Source: Candidatus Eiseniibacteriota bacterium (GTDB taxonomy: Bacteria > Eisenbacteria > RBG-16-71-46 > JABDJR01). Taken from it: 64,000 bases of DNA. The position numbers and the translations under genes were made by a program. Each line of letters begins with the position of its first letter. The first letter of the stretch is position 1. The stretch spans positions 128,001 through 192,000 of the forward strand of contig CAWANH010000003.1 in assembly GCA_963783375.1 (NCBI GenBank), given 5' to 3'. Under the pieces are notes generated by a model. The model was given only the letters and a program-made list of their open reading frames with translations, did no database searches and was not told where the DNA came from. Shown here in pieces: positions 18,766 through 27,913 of this stretch.

Positions 18766-20775
18766 CTACCGGAGCTTGGTCATCCGGCGGGTGGCCGTGT
18801 ACTCCGGCGTCTCCAGACGGTAGAAGTATACGCCAGGAGTCACTTCCCGTCCGTCGTCGGTCCGCCCGTTCCAGCCCAGGTCGTACTCCCCGCGCGGAAG
18901 GTTTCCATCGGCCAGGGTCCGTATCCGGCGTCCCTGGACGTCGAACACCGACAGCCGGACGTGCGCGTCGTGGGCCAGGCTGAAGGCGATGCGGGTCCCG
19001 CCGGCCCGGAAGGGATTGGGGTGGTTGGCCCCGAGGATCGTGACCTGGACCAGGGGCGGGTCCCCGACCCCGATCGCGCCGGTCCCGGTCACCGTGGCCG
19101 ACAGGTTCACGGTGAGATCGCTCTGGAGGGTCGCCCCGGCCAGCCCCTGCTGGTCCCGGGTCGAGAACACCAGGGTCGCGGTGTAGGTGGTGTCGGACTC
19201 CCGGGCCGAGCCCGCGTCGTCGAAGGCCACGTCGAAGCTCGCCGCCGTTCCCCCCACGTCCGCCGCGCTGAACCCGCCGGCGATGCTGAAGCGTCCTTCC
19301 CCGCCGGTGATGTTCGCGGCATGGACGTTCAGGAGCGCCTGGAGGGCGTCGTAGCCCAGGTTCACCGTGGAGACCGGCTGGTTGGAGAACGCCCCCTCGT
19401 CATGGGTGCCGAAGTCCACGTTCGCGCTCAGGTTCTGGCTCCCGCCGGTCAAGGACGGCACCGCGTGCCGGAGCACCGTCCCGCTCAGGGGGACGTTCCG
19501 GCCGGGGTGGTCCACGTCGTCGCTGGAGATGACCAGGTTGCCGCCCTTGATCCCGGCCGTGCCGGTGAGCATGGTGACGGTGTGGGCGTTCCCCGCCCCC
19601 GCCGCGGCATGGAAGGTGCCCCCGGGGTTGGTGAACCCGACCGGAGAGATCATGGAGTAGTCGAGGATGTCGGCGGGCGCGGTCGCGGTGTTGTCCACGT
19701 TCAGGGTCTGCTGCGCCGTCGCCCCCACGATCACCGTGCCGAAGGAGAGCGAGGCGTCGGCGCTCACGATGGCCGGGACCTGGAAGTCGCAGCGCACCGG
19801 CAGGTGATCGGAGGCCCGCTGGAGCGCGTCGGCGATGGTCTGCCCCACCGCGCTGTTGGTGGGCGAGTCGTTGATGTTGAGGTTGAAGTGCTGTCCGTCG
19901 TTTCCGTAGGAAATGTAGCTGGAGGAGATCTGATCCAGCTTCTGCCCGTCGGCCAGGGAATAGGTGGGGAGGATGAAGTCGAAACGATCGTCCATCCCCC
20001 CGGTCGAGCCGCCGTCGTTGGGAGTGAGGTATCCGGTCCGGGTGCTCTGGGTGTGAATCGGAGCGTAGGTCGCCGAATTGTGCCACGTGCCCGGCGTGTT
20101 GATCGGGTCCTGCAGCCGGCCGATGTTGTTGGCCTCGGACTCCAGAAGCTTCACGTAGGCCGGCTCGCTCGAGGTGTAGAGGTTCAGGTCCCCCACCACC
20201 ATCATGTTCGTCCCGGCCGGGAAGGAGTTCATCCGGTTCCGGAGACGGGTGGCTTCCTCGAGACGGGTCTGCTGGTCGGCGCTGCTGCTCGAAGCCTTCA
20301 GATGGCAGACGAAGATCACGAGCTCCGCCTCGGAGGAGGAGTACGGCTTGGCCCGGAGGGTGTAGTAGGGAATGCTCCGGGGATAGTTGCCGAGAGTGTC
20401 GCTGGTCACGAAGGTGACGGCCGACGTTCGGTAGTAGAGCCCCGGGTTGAAGCCGGAGGAGGGATCGTTGTAGTAGGGCGCGGCGGCCCATTGGCCCGGC
20501 TCCACCACGTTCAGGACGTTGTTCAGAAAGTTGTTGATCGAGGTCTGGTCCTGGATCTCCTCGACCGCCAGGATGTCGATGTTGGAGATTCCCGTGATCA
20601 CGGTGCGGAAGGCCGGATCGCGGACCGTGTTCTGGTTGTCGTAGTTGAGGCAGTTGTAGGCCACGACCCGCAGGGCCTGAGCCGGCCCCGCGGCCAGGGT
20701 GAGCCCGAGAACGGCGAAGATCAGGGCGGCGCTGCCGGACAGGGCCCGGCGCAGGTGACGGGGGGAACGTCGCAT
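18766..20775 (-). CDS. Secreted endonuclease/exonuclease/phosphatase with Ig-like domains and FlgD-Ig C-terminal domain
   Basis: Signal peptide, AYN, VEEI, CHLKA, GDLN, DFI, SDHLPV; C-terminal PNPF..WNGRTDDG..PGVYFYRL. Confidence 0.85.
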   Translation of the reverse strand: MRRSPRHLRRALSGSAALIFAVLGLTLAAGPAQALRVVAYNCLNYDNQNTVRDPAFRTVITGISNIDILAVEEIQDQTSINNFLNNVLNVVEPGQWAAAPYYNDPSSGFNPGLYYRTSAVTFVTSDTLGNYPRSIPYYTLRAKPYSSSEAELVIFVCHLKASSSSADQQTRLEEATRLRNRMNSFPAGTNMMVVGDLNLYTSSEPAYVKLLESEANNIGRLQDPINTPGTWHNSATYAPIHTQSTRTGYLTPNDGGSTGGMDDRFDFILPTYSLADGQKLDQISSSYISYGNDGQHFNLNINDSPTNSAVGQTIADALQRASDHLPVRCDFQVPAIVSADASLSFGTVIVGATAQQTLNVDNTATAPADILDYSMISPVGFTNPGGTFHAAAGAGNAHTVTMLTGTAGIKGGNLVISSDDVDHPGRNVPLSGTVLRHAVPSLTGGSQNLSANVDFGTHDEGAFSNQPVSTVNLGYDALQALLNVHAANITGGEGRFSIAGGFSAADVGGTAASFDVAFDDAGSARESDTTYTATLVFSTRDQQGLAGATLQSDLTVNLSATVTGTGAIGVGDPPLVQVTILGANHPNPFRAGGTRIAFSLAHDAHVRLSVFDVQGRRIRTLADGNLPRGEYDLGWNGRTDDGREVTPGVYFYRLETPEYTATRRMTKLR

Positions 20776-21004
20776 GTTGTTTCCCTTTTTCTTCCCCACC
20801 CGCTGCCGACGGCCGGCCCTCCACGGTCGAGGAAGGATGCAAATCAAAGGTGTCATCCCTGGTTGACCAAGGTGCTAACTGCTTTAGTTTACACCATTTT
20901 CGGCTCCGTTGGGAGGGTGGACCCCGGCGGCGGGGCCGCCGGGGCCGCTCCGAGGCCTTCCCGAATCCCCGAATCCTAGGAATGCCAGGGGGATAGCCCG
21001 GGGG

Positions 21005-22546
21005 TCAGGGGAGACGTAGCATTTTGACCGATCCCCCGTTTTCCCGCCGCCGGGCGAAGTAGACCCCCGGAGGAGCCTCGGTTCCGGCGGCCAGGCGGCC
21101 GTCCCACAGCCACCCCCCTTCCCCCGATCCCGAGACCAGGACGCGGATCCGTCGCCCCCGGATGTCGAGGATGTCGAGCTTCTCTCCGGGGACGACGTCG
21201 GCTCCGCTCACCCGGACCACGCGCTCGAAGGGGTTCGGCTCGCCGTGAAGCGCGGGGCGGAACCCGCGGTCGCCGACCGCGGTGAGATCCGGGGCCCCCG
21301 TGGAGACGGAGAGGAGGGCGGCCTCCGGAACCGTGGCGCTGTCGCCGTCGGCCACCCGGAGGGCGTAGAGATCGTCGTCGTCTCCCGGGGTGGGGAGCCG
21401 CCAGGCCAGGACCGCGCTCCCGCCGCCGGCGGCCAGGGCGGGGTCGGCGACGTAGTCGAGGGGATCGGTGACGAGGAGCCCTCCCGCCGGATGCGGCACG
21501 CCCCCCATGTCGAGCCAGGCCCGCCGGAGCGCCCGGCCCGCCGGCCCCTGCTCCATCCACGCCAGGTGCGCGCCGGCCGGGGCGGCGGCCAGGCGCGGCT
21601 CGTACTCGAACGCGCTCGAAGCCGCAATGGAGAACGGTCCGGAGGTCCCGGGGCTGCCCGCCGGATCGGTGAACCGGCCCACCAGGTCGCTTCCCCCGTT
21701 CCCCGGCGCCCGCCACACCACCAGAAACCCCCCACCGAGGGGGGCCACGTCCGGATTCGGCCCTCCGGGGGTGGGATCCGAAACGGCGCGCGGGGGGCCG
21801 GCCGGTTCGCCCCCGGGGTCGAGGGGTAGGGCGGTCACCGTGTAGTTCACCCCGTCGGGCGCGGAGGACCAGACGGCGAGGAACCCGTCATCGCCGGCGG
21901 CGATCCTCACCCAGCGCTGGTCGGCGGGACCGGCGGCCAGGGCGAGTCCCCCCGGATCGCGGAGACCGGGACCGTGGTCCCATCGGGCGAAATAGAGATC
22001 GCCGGGCGCATTCCGCTCATCCTCCCAGGCCAGGATTCCGACTTCCCCGCGCACCGCCGCCGCGGGACGCCATACCGGCCCGGAGCCGGTGGTTACCTCC
22101 GTTCCCTCCACCTCCCTCGGAACTCCGGTCGGGGGGAGCTCCGCCGCGATGAGACGGGTGCCGGTTCCGGTCCAGGACTCCCACGCGGCCAGGGACCAGT
22201 CGCTTCCGGCGGCGACCGCGGGGTGGAGTTCGCCCGCCGAAGCCTGGGTGGCGCGAGCACCGAGGCGGTCCGGAAGCGTCGCCCCCAGACGCGTCCACCA
22301 GAGCCGCGTCCCCCCGTCGCGGGTGTCGGACCAGAGGGCGTAGGTCGTCCCCCCCGCCGCGGCCAGGGCGGGCTGGGATTGGAGACCGGGCGGAGGTTCC
22401 GGATCGGGGGCGGCGGCGGCGCTTCGCCACGGGCTCCGGTGCGCGGCGGCCGAGGCCTCGCCGGCGTATTCGCGCGGCCAGAGCAACGAGGCGGCCCCAA
22501 CGAGGCCGGTCAGGATGCCGAGGGTGAACAGGATCAGTCGTTTCAC
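21005..22546 (-). CDS. Secreted repeat (propeller-like) protein with FlgD-Ig C-terminal domain
   Basis: Signal/TM, repeated P.VAA..G..LVVW units, C-terminal PNPF..WDGR..PGVYF. Confidence 0.7.
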   Translation of the reverse strand: MKRLILFTLGILTGLVGAASLLWPREYAGEASAAAHRSPWRSAAAAPDPEPPPGLQSQPALAAAGGTTYALWSDTRDGGTRLWWTRLGATLPDRLGARATQASAGELHPAVAAGSDWSLAAWESWTGTGTRLIAAELPPTGVPREVEGTEVTTGSGPVWRPAAAVRGEVGILAWEDERNAPGDLYFARWDHGPGLRDPGGLALAAGPADQRWVRIAAGDDGFLAVWSSAPDGVNYTVTALPLDPGGEPAGPPRAVSDPTPGGPNPDVAPLGGGFLVVWRAPGNGGSDLVGRFTDPAGSPGTSGPFSIAASSAFEYEPRLAAAPAGAHLAWMEQGPAGRALRRAWLDMGGVPHPAGGLLVTDPLDYVADPALAAGGGSAVLAWRLPTPGDDDDLYALRVADGDSATVPEAALLSVSTGAPDLTAVGDRGFRPALHGEPNPFERVVRVSGADVVPGEKLDILDIRGRRIRVLVSGSGEGGWLWDGRLAAGTEAPPGVYFARRRENGGSVKMLRLP

Positions 22547-22715
22547 GATTCACGCTCCCCGGACGGGGCGATAAGCCGGAGGGAGCGCGGCGCGGCGGCC
22601 GGGGGGGTCGGCGACGGGAGGGCGGCGCGCGCGGGCGAAGCTCAGGGGCGGGGCGGTTCGAGGACCGGCTCCACCGCTTGCCCCGGCACCCATGGTACTA
22701 CCCGGGGAAACAGAA

Positions 22716-23375
22716 TCAAAGTGCAGCCGCCACCGCGGCGGTGAAGGCGGCGAGCCGGGTTTCATCCAGGCGTCCGCCGGTTCGAACCCCCGAGCAGACG
22801 TCGACCCCGAAGGGCCGGACCCGGCCGATCGCTTCCCCCACGTTCTCCGGGGTGAGTCCGCCGGCCAGGAACACCGGCGCCGCCACCGCCCGGCAGAGCC
22901 GCCGGCTCACCTCCCAGTCGTGGGTGCGTCCGGTCCCTCCCAGCTCCTTTCGCGCGGAATCGGGGGTTCCGGAATCGAGCAGGATCCCGTGCACGTGAGA
23001 GGCCGCCGCCGAGGCCTCGACAATCGATTCCTCCCCCCGAGCGTGAATCACCTGGACGATCCGAACCCCGGGGAGCCGCTCCCGGAGCGCCCGATGGGCT
23101 CCGGGCTCCAGGCGGTCGCAGAGCTGGACGGTGTCCGTGCGGCAGCGGCGCGCCTGGTCGGCGATTCCCTCCACGTCGCGGAGGCTGGTGAGGAGGAAGG
23201 TCGCCACCGCGGGAGGAACGGTGTCGGCAATGGCCGCGATCTCGGTCTCGGAGATCACCCCGGGACCGCTGGGCATTTCCGAGACCAGCCCCAGGGCCGA
23301 AGCCCCGTGGGCCACGGCCAGGCGCGCCTCCTCCCGGCTCATGATGCAGCAGATCTTGATCCGGGGGCGGTTCAT
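22716..23375 (-). CDS. trpF: Phosphoribosylanthranilate isomerase
   Basis: RIKICC, LLDSG, LGGTGRTHDW, FLAGGLTPENV, GVDVCSGV. Confidence 0.9.
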   Translation of the reverse strand: MNRPRIKICCIMSREEARLAVAHGASALGLVSEMPSGPGVISETEIAAIADTVPPAVATFLLTSLRDVEGIADQARRCRTDTVQLCDRLEPGAHRALRERLPGVRIVQVIHARGEESIVEASAAASHVHGILLDSGTPDSARKELGGTGRTHDWEVSRRLCRAVAAPVFLAGGLTPENVGEAIGRVRPFGVDVCSGVRTGGRLDETRLAAFTAAVAAAL

Positions 23376-24556
23376 CGGTGGACGCGCCCGAGGCGGGCGG
23401 TGGCCCGGGCCAGCCCCGCCGCGAACTCGTCGGGCGGGGTGAGAAGGCTCAGCACCAGCACGTTCTCCTCCTCGACGTCGTAGAAGTAGCCGGGGTGGAC
23501 GACCACGTTCTCCTCCTCGAGCAGGAGCCGCGCCGCGGTTTCGTCGCCGATCCCCTCGGGAAGGACGACCAGGCCGTACCATCCCCCCTCCCGCGGGAGA
23601 ACGCTCCCGCCGCGGAGGGCGGGCCAGCCTTCCCGAAGCACGGCTTCGTTCGCCTCCACCCGTTCCCGGATCATGGCCTGGATGCCTTCGCGGAGCGCGA
23701 GGAGCGCCGGCGCGGCGTGCTGGACCGGTCCCGAGACCGAAAGATACGTGTCGGCGATGAACTCCAGGCGCTGGATGGCGCGGGCGACCAGCGCCTCCGG
23801 GCCGCTCACCTGGATCCACCCCAGCTTGACCTGGGGGAGCCCCACCACCTTGGAGAGCCCGCTCAGGACGAAGGTGAGGGCGACGGGATTGCCCGCCGTG
23901 GTCTCGACGGGCACATCGAAGGACCGGGCGCGGTAGTCGAGGAACACCTCGTCCACCACCAGCGCGACCCCGTTTCCCGCGCACAGCCGGTTCAGCTCGG
24001 CCAGGTCGTGGCGGCGGAGGTAGGAGCCGGTGGGGTTGTTGGGGCTCACCGCCACCACCGCCCGGGTGCGATCGATGATCGAGGCGCACAGGTGATCCAG
24101 GTCGATCCGCCAGCCCTCCCCGGCGCGGCGGCGGAGCGGGTACTGGACCGGCTTCAGGCCTTCCAGCCCGGCCAGGAGCTCGAACAGGGGATAGCTCGGC
24201 CGGGGAACCAGGATCTCGTCCCCGGGATCGGCCAGGAGCTTGAACACGAAGGCGTAGGCTTCGCTGGTGCTCGCGGTGAGGAAGATGGTGTCGGGGTCCA
24301 CGCGCCGCCCGAGGCTCCGGTAGTAGCCGGCTACCCCCTCGCGGGCGGCGCGAAGCCCGCGCGGCGAGGGTTCGTAGGCCAGCCCCCCCAGGTCGGCCAG
24401 CGCGGCCAGGATCTCCGGCTCGGGGTAGTCGAAACCGGCCCGGGTGGGGTTGGTTCCGGTGAGGTCGAGGATCCCGGTCCCGGCCAAGCGGTGGGCGTCG
24501 AGCACTTCGCTCAACGCCTCGGGGGTCAGATCGTGACTGAACCGCGATGAGAACAT
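23372..24556 (-). CDS. PLP-dependent aminotransferase class I/II
   Basis: PNNPTG, VDEVF, SGLSK (PLP Lys), HPG. Confidence 0.9.
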   Translation of the reverse strand: MFSSRFSHDLTPEALSEVLDAHRLAGTGILDLTGTNPTRAGFDYPEPEILAALADLGGLAYEPSPRGLRAAREGVAGYYRSLGRRVDPDTIFLTASTSEAYAFVFKLLADPGDEILVPRPSYPLFELLAGLEGLKPVQYPLRRRAGEGWRIDLDHLCASIIDRTRAVVAVSPNNPTGSYLRRHDLAELNRLCAGNGVALVVDEVFLDYRARSFDVPVETTAGNPVALTFVLSGLSKVVGLPQVKLGWIQVSGPEALVARAIQRLEFIADTYLSVSGPVQHAAPALLALREGIQAMIRERVEANEAVLREGWPALRGGSVLPREGGWYGLVVLPEGIGDETAARLLLEEENVVVHPGYFYDVEEENVLVLSLLTPPDEFAAGLARATARLGRVHR

Positions 24557-24620
24557 GGGTCTGCTGGATCCTTCCCCGGCCGCAGCCCCACCGGATCGAA
24601 TGATCCGGAGGGTCCAGACC

Positions 24621-25697
24621 CTACTCGGCTCCGGCGGTCAACGCCTCCCGGAGGGACTCCATCGCCCGCCCCCAGTACTCCTTCATGCGCTCGGCCTCGG
24701 CTTCGTCGGCGAGCTTCATGTGCTGGACCGTAACCTGGGACTTCCGGTGGCCCTTGGGGTAGAAGTCCACGCTCAACCGCGTCAGCCCGTCCTTCCAGAG
24801 GATCCGCATCGACTTGGGCTCGGTGACCGTGGTGAGGGTGATTCCGGGCTCGCCGAGCCACCGGTCGCGGACCGAGGCGTCGTTCCAGGCCGCGAAAAGG
24901 CGTTCCACCGGCACGTCCAGGGTAAGGCTCCGGCTGATCGAGAACCCCTCGGCGGTCTCGTGTTTCTTCCGGAGTCCCCGCGCCTGCTCGTAGCCCACGG
25001 TGACCATCTGGGACCACCATCCGGTGAGGCCGTGGGTCTCGGCGAGGTGGCGCGCCATCTCCCGGTGGCCGATCTCCGGGGCGCCGGCCCCTTCCAGGAT
25101 CTCGAACCACTGATTCCAGCCCTTGCCGGTGGCGCTTAGGACCGCTTCCTCGCCGATTCCCGCCACCCTGGGCTCGTCACGGACTTCGGGGGAGACGGGT
25201 GCGGCCGCCCCGGCGGTGGTTTCGGGCGGAGGCGGCGTGAGCACCGGTTCGGCGAAACGGGGCCGCTTGGATTCGTTCCGGGCGGTGGAGATCACGGGTT
25301 CGGCGAGGCCGGTCGGGGGCGACGGATGGGACGGGCCCGGCGCCTTGCCGGACTTTCGCCGGGCCACCTCTTTCCCCGTCGTCCTCTTCCGGGTCGCTTG
25401 TTTCTTGGCGGCAGGCTTCTTCTTCGCCGCCCCTTTCCCGGCGGTCTTCTTCTTGGCGGTCTTCTTTCGGGCGGCGGGTTTCCTGGCCCCGGCCTTCTTC
25501 TTCGAGGCCTTCTTCCTGGCCGGCGTTCGCTTCGCCGCTTTCTTCTTGGTGGTCTTCTTCTTGGCCGCCTTCTTCTTGGCTGTCTTCTTCTTGCCCGCTT
25601 GCTTCTTGGTCACTTTCTTCTTCGCGGGCTTCTTCTTGCCGGCCGTCTTCCGGGCCGTCTTCTTCTTCGATTTCTTCGTGGTCTTGTTGGCCATCAT
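24621..25697 (-). CDS. Histone-like Lys/Ala-rich region fused to DUF4287-like and SRPBCC/AHSA1-like domains
   Basis: About 115-aa KKA-rich N-terminus, ATGKGWNQWF..GWWSQMVTVGYE, then LFAAW..RWLG..VQHMKL..YW. Confidence 0.7.
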   Translation of the reverse strand: MMANKTTKKSKKKTARKTAGKKKPAKKKVTKKQAGKKKTAKKKAAKKKTTKKKAAKRTPARKKASKKKAGARKPAARKKTAKKKTAGKGAAKKKPAAKKQATRKRTTGKEVARRKSGKAPGPSHPSPPTGLAEPVISTARNESKRPRFAEPVLTPPPPETTAGAAAPVSPEVRDEPRVAGIGEEAVLSATGKGWNQWFEILEGAGAPEIGHREMARHLAETHGLTGWWSQMVTVGYEQARGLRKKHETAEGFSISRSLTLDVPVERLFAAWNDASVRDRWLGEPGITLTTVTEPKSMRILWKDGLTRLSVDFYPKGHRKSQVTVQHMKLADEAEAERMKEYWGRAMESLREALTAGAE

Positions 25698-25929
25698 CCG
25701 TCCTCGCCGGGAGCCCTGCGGCCGGGACGCTCCCGAACCGGTGAAACCTCACCCCGTCGCGACGTTTACAAGACTACCCTCACACCCCGTTCTTGTGAAA
25801 CCACCCTCGGGGGCGGAGCGCGGGAAGCCCGTCCGTGACGGGAGACCGGGGGGCGGCCGTCAGGGCCGGCCTGCCCCCGAGGGAGCGCCGAGCGAGGGGC
25901 ACCGGCTCCAGGCCGCGCGCCGCCCCGGA

Positions 25930-26853
25930 TCAGGGGAGCGCGCTCCGGCCGGCGAAGGAGCGGAGCAGTTTCAGCGCCTCGGGAGAGAGTCCCAGGCTGT
26001 CGTCGATTGCGTCGAGCTCGGACCGGCTCCCGTTTCCCCCCACGAACCCGTTCACCCGGGCCGCCGCGGTCGAGGCGGCGAAGTCCCGTTCGTCGGGATA
26101 CATGGCGTGGAACTCCCGCATGAGCCCCTTCACCTGGCGGAGCCAGTATTTCTGATGGTAGTCCTCGGCGGGGGTGAACCCTCCGGCGGCACGGATCTCG
26201 GTCCGCACCGTCTTCCCCAGCCGCCGGGCGATCTCGTCCCGCGTCTCCTCGGCCAGGCGCTTCTGCTTCTCATCGTGGTAGAAGACCGCCGCCTTGTATT
26301 GCTTGCTCCACGAACGCGCGGTCGGGTCGTGGCCGGCCCAGAAGACCTTCAGGAGTTCACGGTAGGAGATCCGCGACGGGTCGTACTCGATCTCGATCGA
26401 TTCCGAGTTGTCGCCCAGGCTGTGATAGGTCGGGTGCGCCTTGGTTCCCCCCGTGTAGCCCACGGTGGTGCGAACGACGCCGGGGAGACTCCCGAACCGG
26501 GAGTCGGGTCCCCAGAATCACCCCATGGCGAAGGTGGCCAGCTCCGTGCGCGCGGGAACCGCCCGGTCGATGGGCGGAAGCCCGGAGGCGCGGGCGCCTG
26601 GCCCCGCGGTCGTCGCATCCTGGATCGAGGTCATGGATGCCTGCTCCTTCGCTCCGTCGGGAGACGCGCAAGCCGCCCCCGGCGAGGCGCCGGCGAGGAG
26701 GCCTCGGGGGACCGCGCACGCCGTCCCGGACTCCGTGGCGTCGGCGCTTTCGGCCGGAGCGGGCTTCCGGCCCCAAAGGCCGAGAACCCCCACCGGCAGA
26801 AGAACGACGGCCAGGGTCGCCGCAAAGATCCGTCCACGAGTGCGATTGTACAT
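25930..26853 (-). CDS. msrA: Selenocysteine-containing peptide-methionine (S)-S-oxide reductase MsrA
   Basis: ORFs 26518-26853 and 25930-26463 are in one frame, separated by TGA at 26520-26518, giving ATFAMG-U-FWGPDSRFG..VGYTGG; AEDYHQKY present. Confidence 0.9.
26480..26515 (-). promoter_or_regulatory. Bacterial SECIS element
   Basis: Directly after UGA: CUGGGGA-CCC-GACUCCC(GGUUC)GGGAGUC-UCCCCGG; upper stem follows a 12-nt spacer after UGA; apical loop starts with G. Confidence 0.8.
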
Positions 26854-26902
26854 GAGGGCGCTCCTTCCCCGTCCGCGAACCCTGCGATGGAAATACCCCG
26901 GC

Positions 26903-27250
26903 CTATTCCGGACCTTCCCAGCCGACCCGCTCCAGGTCGACCCGACCCGAGGCGTCGAACCGGATCCCCTCCCGCTCCAGGATCTTCCGCTGGACCAGGC
27001 CGCCGTCGCCGGCGCCCCGGGGGCTCACCCGCCCCTGGGAGTTGATCACTCTCTGCCAAGGTACGTCGGAATCGCTCGGGAGTGACGCCATGGCGTAGCC
27101 CACCATGCGGGGGGTGCACCCCACGATGCGGGCGATCTGGCCGTAGGAAGCCACCTTGCCCCTGGGGATCAATCGCGCCACCGCGCGAATGCGCTCGTGG
27201 ATCGGGACCGCGACGGCCGGCTTCCGCCGGCGTTCAGCTCGCCGCGGCAT
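26903..27250 (-). CDS. Alkyltransferase-like protein (ATL/YbaZ, MGMT family)
   Basis: IPRGKVASYGQIA, RMVGYAM, PWQRV (Trp in place of the catalytic Cys of PCHR). Confidence 0.85.
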   Translation of the reverse strand: MPRRAERRRKPAVAVPIHERIRAVARLIPRGKVASYGQIARIVGCTPRMVGYAMASLPSDSDVPWQRVINSQGRVSPRGAGDGGLVQRKILEREGIRFDASGRVDLERVGWEGPE

Positions 27251-27334
27251 CGAGGCTCACCACCGGTTGGTCTCCCGTGATCCCGGCGCCGTGAAGGGTG
27301 ACCTCGAACGCGGGGACCGCCCGTGTACGCGCGC

Positions 27335-27844
27335 TCAGTACGCCGGGGCCTCCATCCCGAACTGCTCCCACTCCTCCTTGGATGGGCCGAACACCCCCGG
27401 CACCCGGGCTCCGGCCTGGCGGAGAAGCACGGTCATCTGCCCACGATGATGGATCTCGTGGTGGATGAAGGCGAGCAGGGTGGTTCCGCGGGGCCACCGC
27501 TGTCCGTACATGTCGTCGGTCTCGAGGAGGGTCGCGTCGGTCCACGCCCCCCGGATCGCGCCCATGAGCTCCCGGCTGGCTTCGTGGTATCCCTGCCGGA
27601 TGGCGGCGGCGGTGGCCGGCGGCGGGGAATGGGGATCCACCGACGAGATCGCGAGCCCGGTCCGGCTCATCATCTCGGGGATCGTGGCCACCAGGTGCCA
27701 GCCCAGCTGCCCGAGGGTGCGGTGCTCGTCGGTGACCGCCCGGCCCAGGTTTTCGTCGGTCAGGGCGGCCAGCACCCGCTCCGTTCCCGACGTGAGGATC
27801 TCGTAGGACTGCATGAAGTCGTCGATGGATCGGAACACGATCAT
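27335..27844 (-). CDS. DinB family protein
   Basis: TLGQLGWH and HEIHHRGQ.TV.LR motifs. Confidence 0.9.
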   Translation of the reverse strand: MIVFRSIDDFMQSYEILTSGTERVLAALTDENLGRAVTDEHRTLGQLGWHLVATIPEMMSRTGLAISSVDPHSPPPATAAAIRQGYHEASRELMGAIRGAWTDATLLETDDMYGQRWPRGTTLLAFIHHEIHHRGQMTVLLRQAGARVPGVFGPSKEEWEQFGMEAPAY

Positions 27845-27913
27845 CCTCCAGCCTGACGCCGCCGGGAAACCGGCGCTCTCCGGCGGCGCCCGAACAGTGG
27901 ACCGGGGAACGTA

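Noticed and set aside
20830-20900. c-di-GMP-type riboswitch in the AT-richer leader of the EEP nuclease gene
   Set aside because: Only a weak hairpin; lacks GEMM consensus; more likely promoter sequence
26518-26520. msrA pseudogene by nonsense mutation
   Set aside because: The stop is UGA at exactly the catalytic Cys position with a SECIS-like hairpin and intact flanking frame
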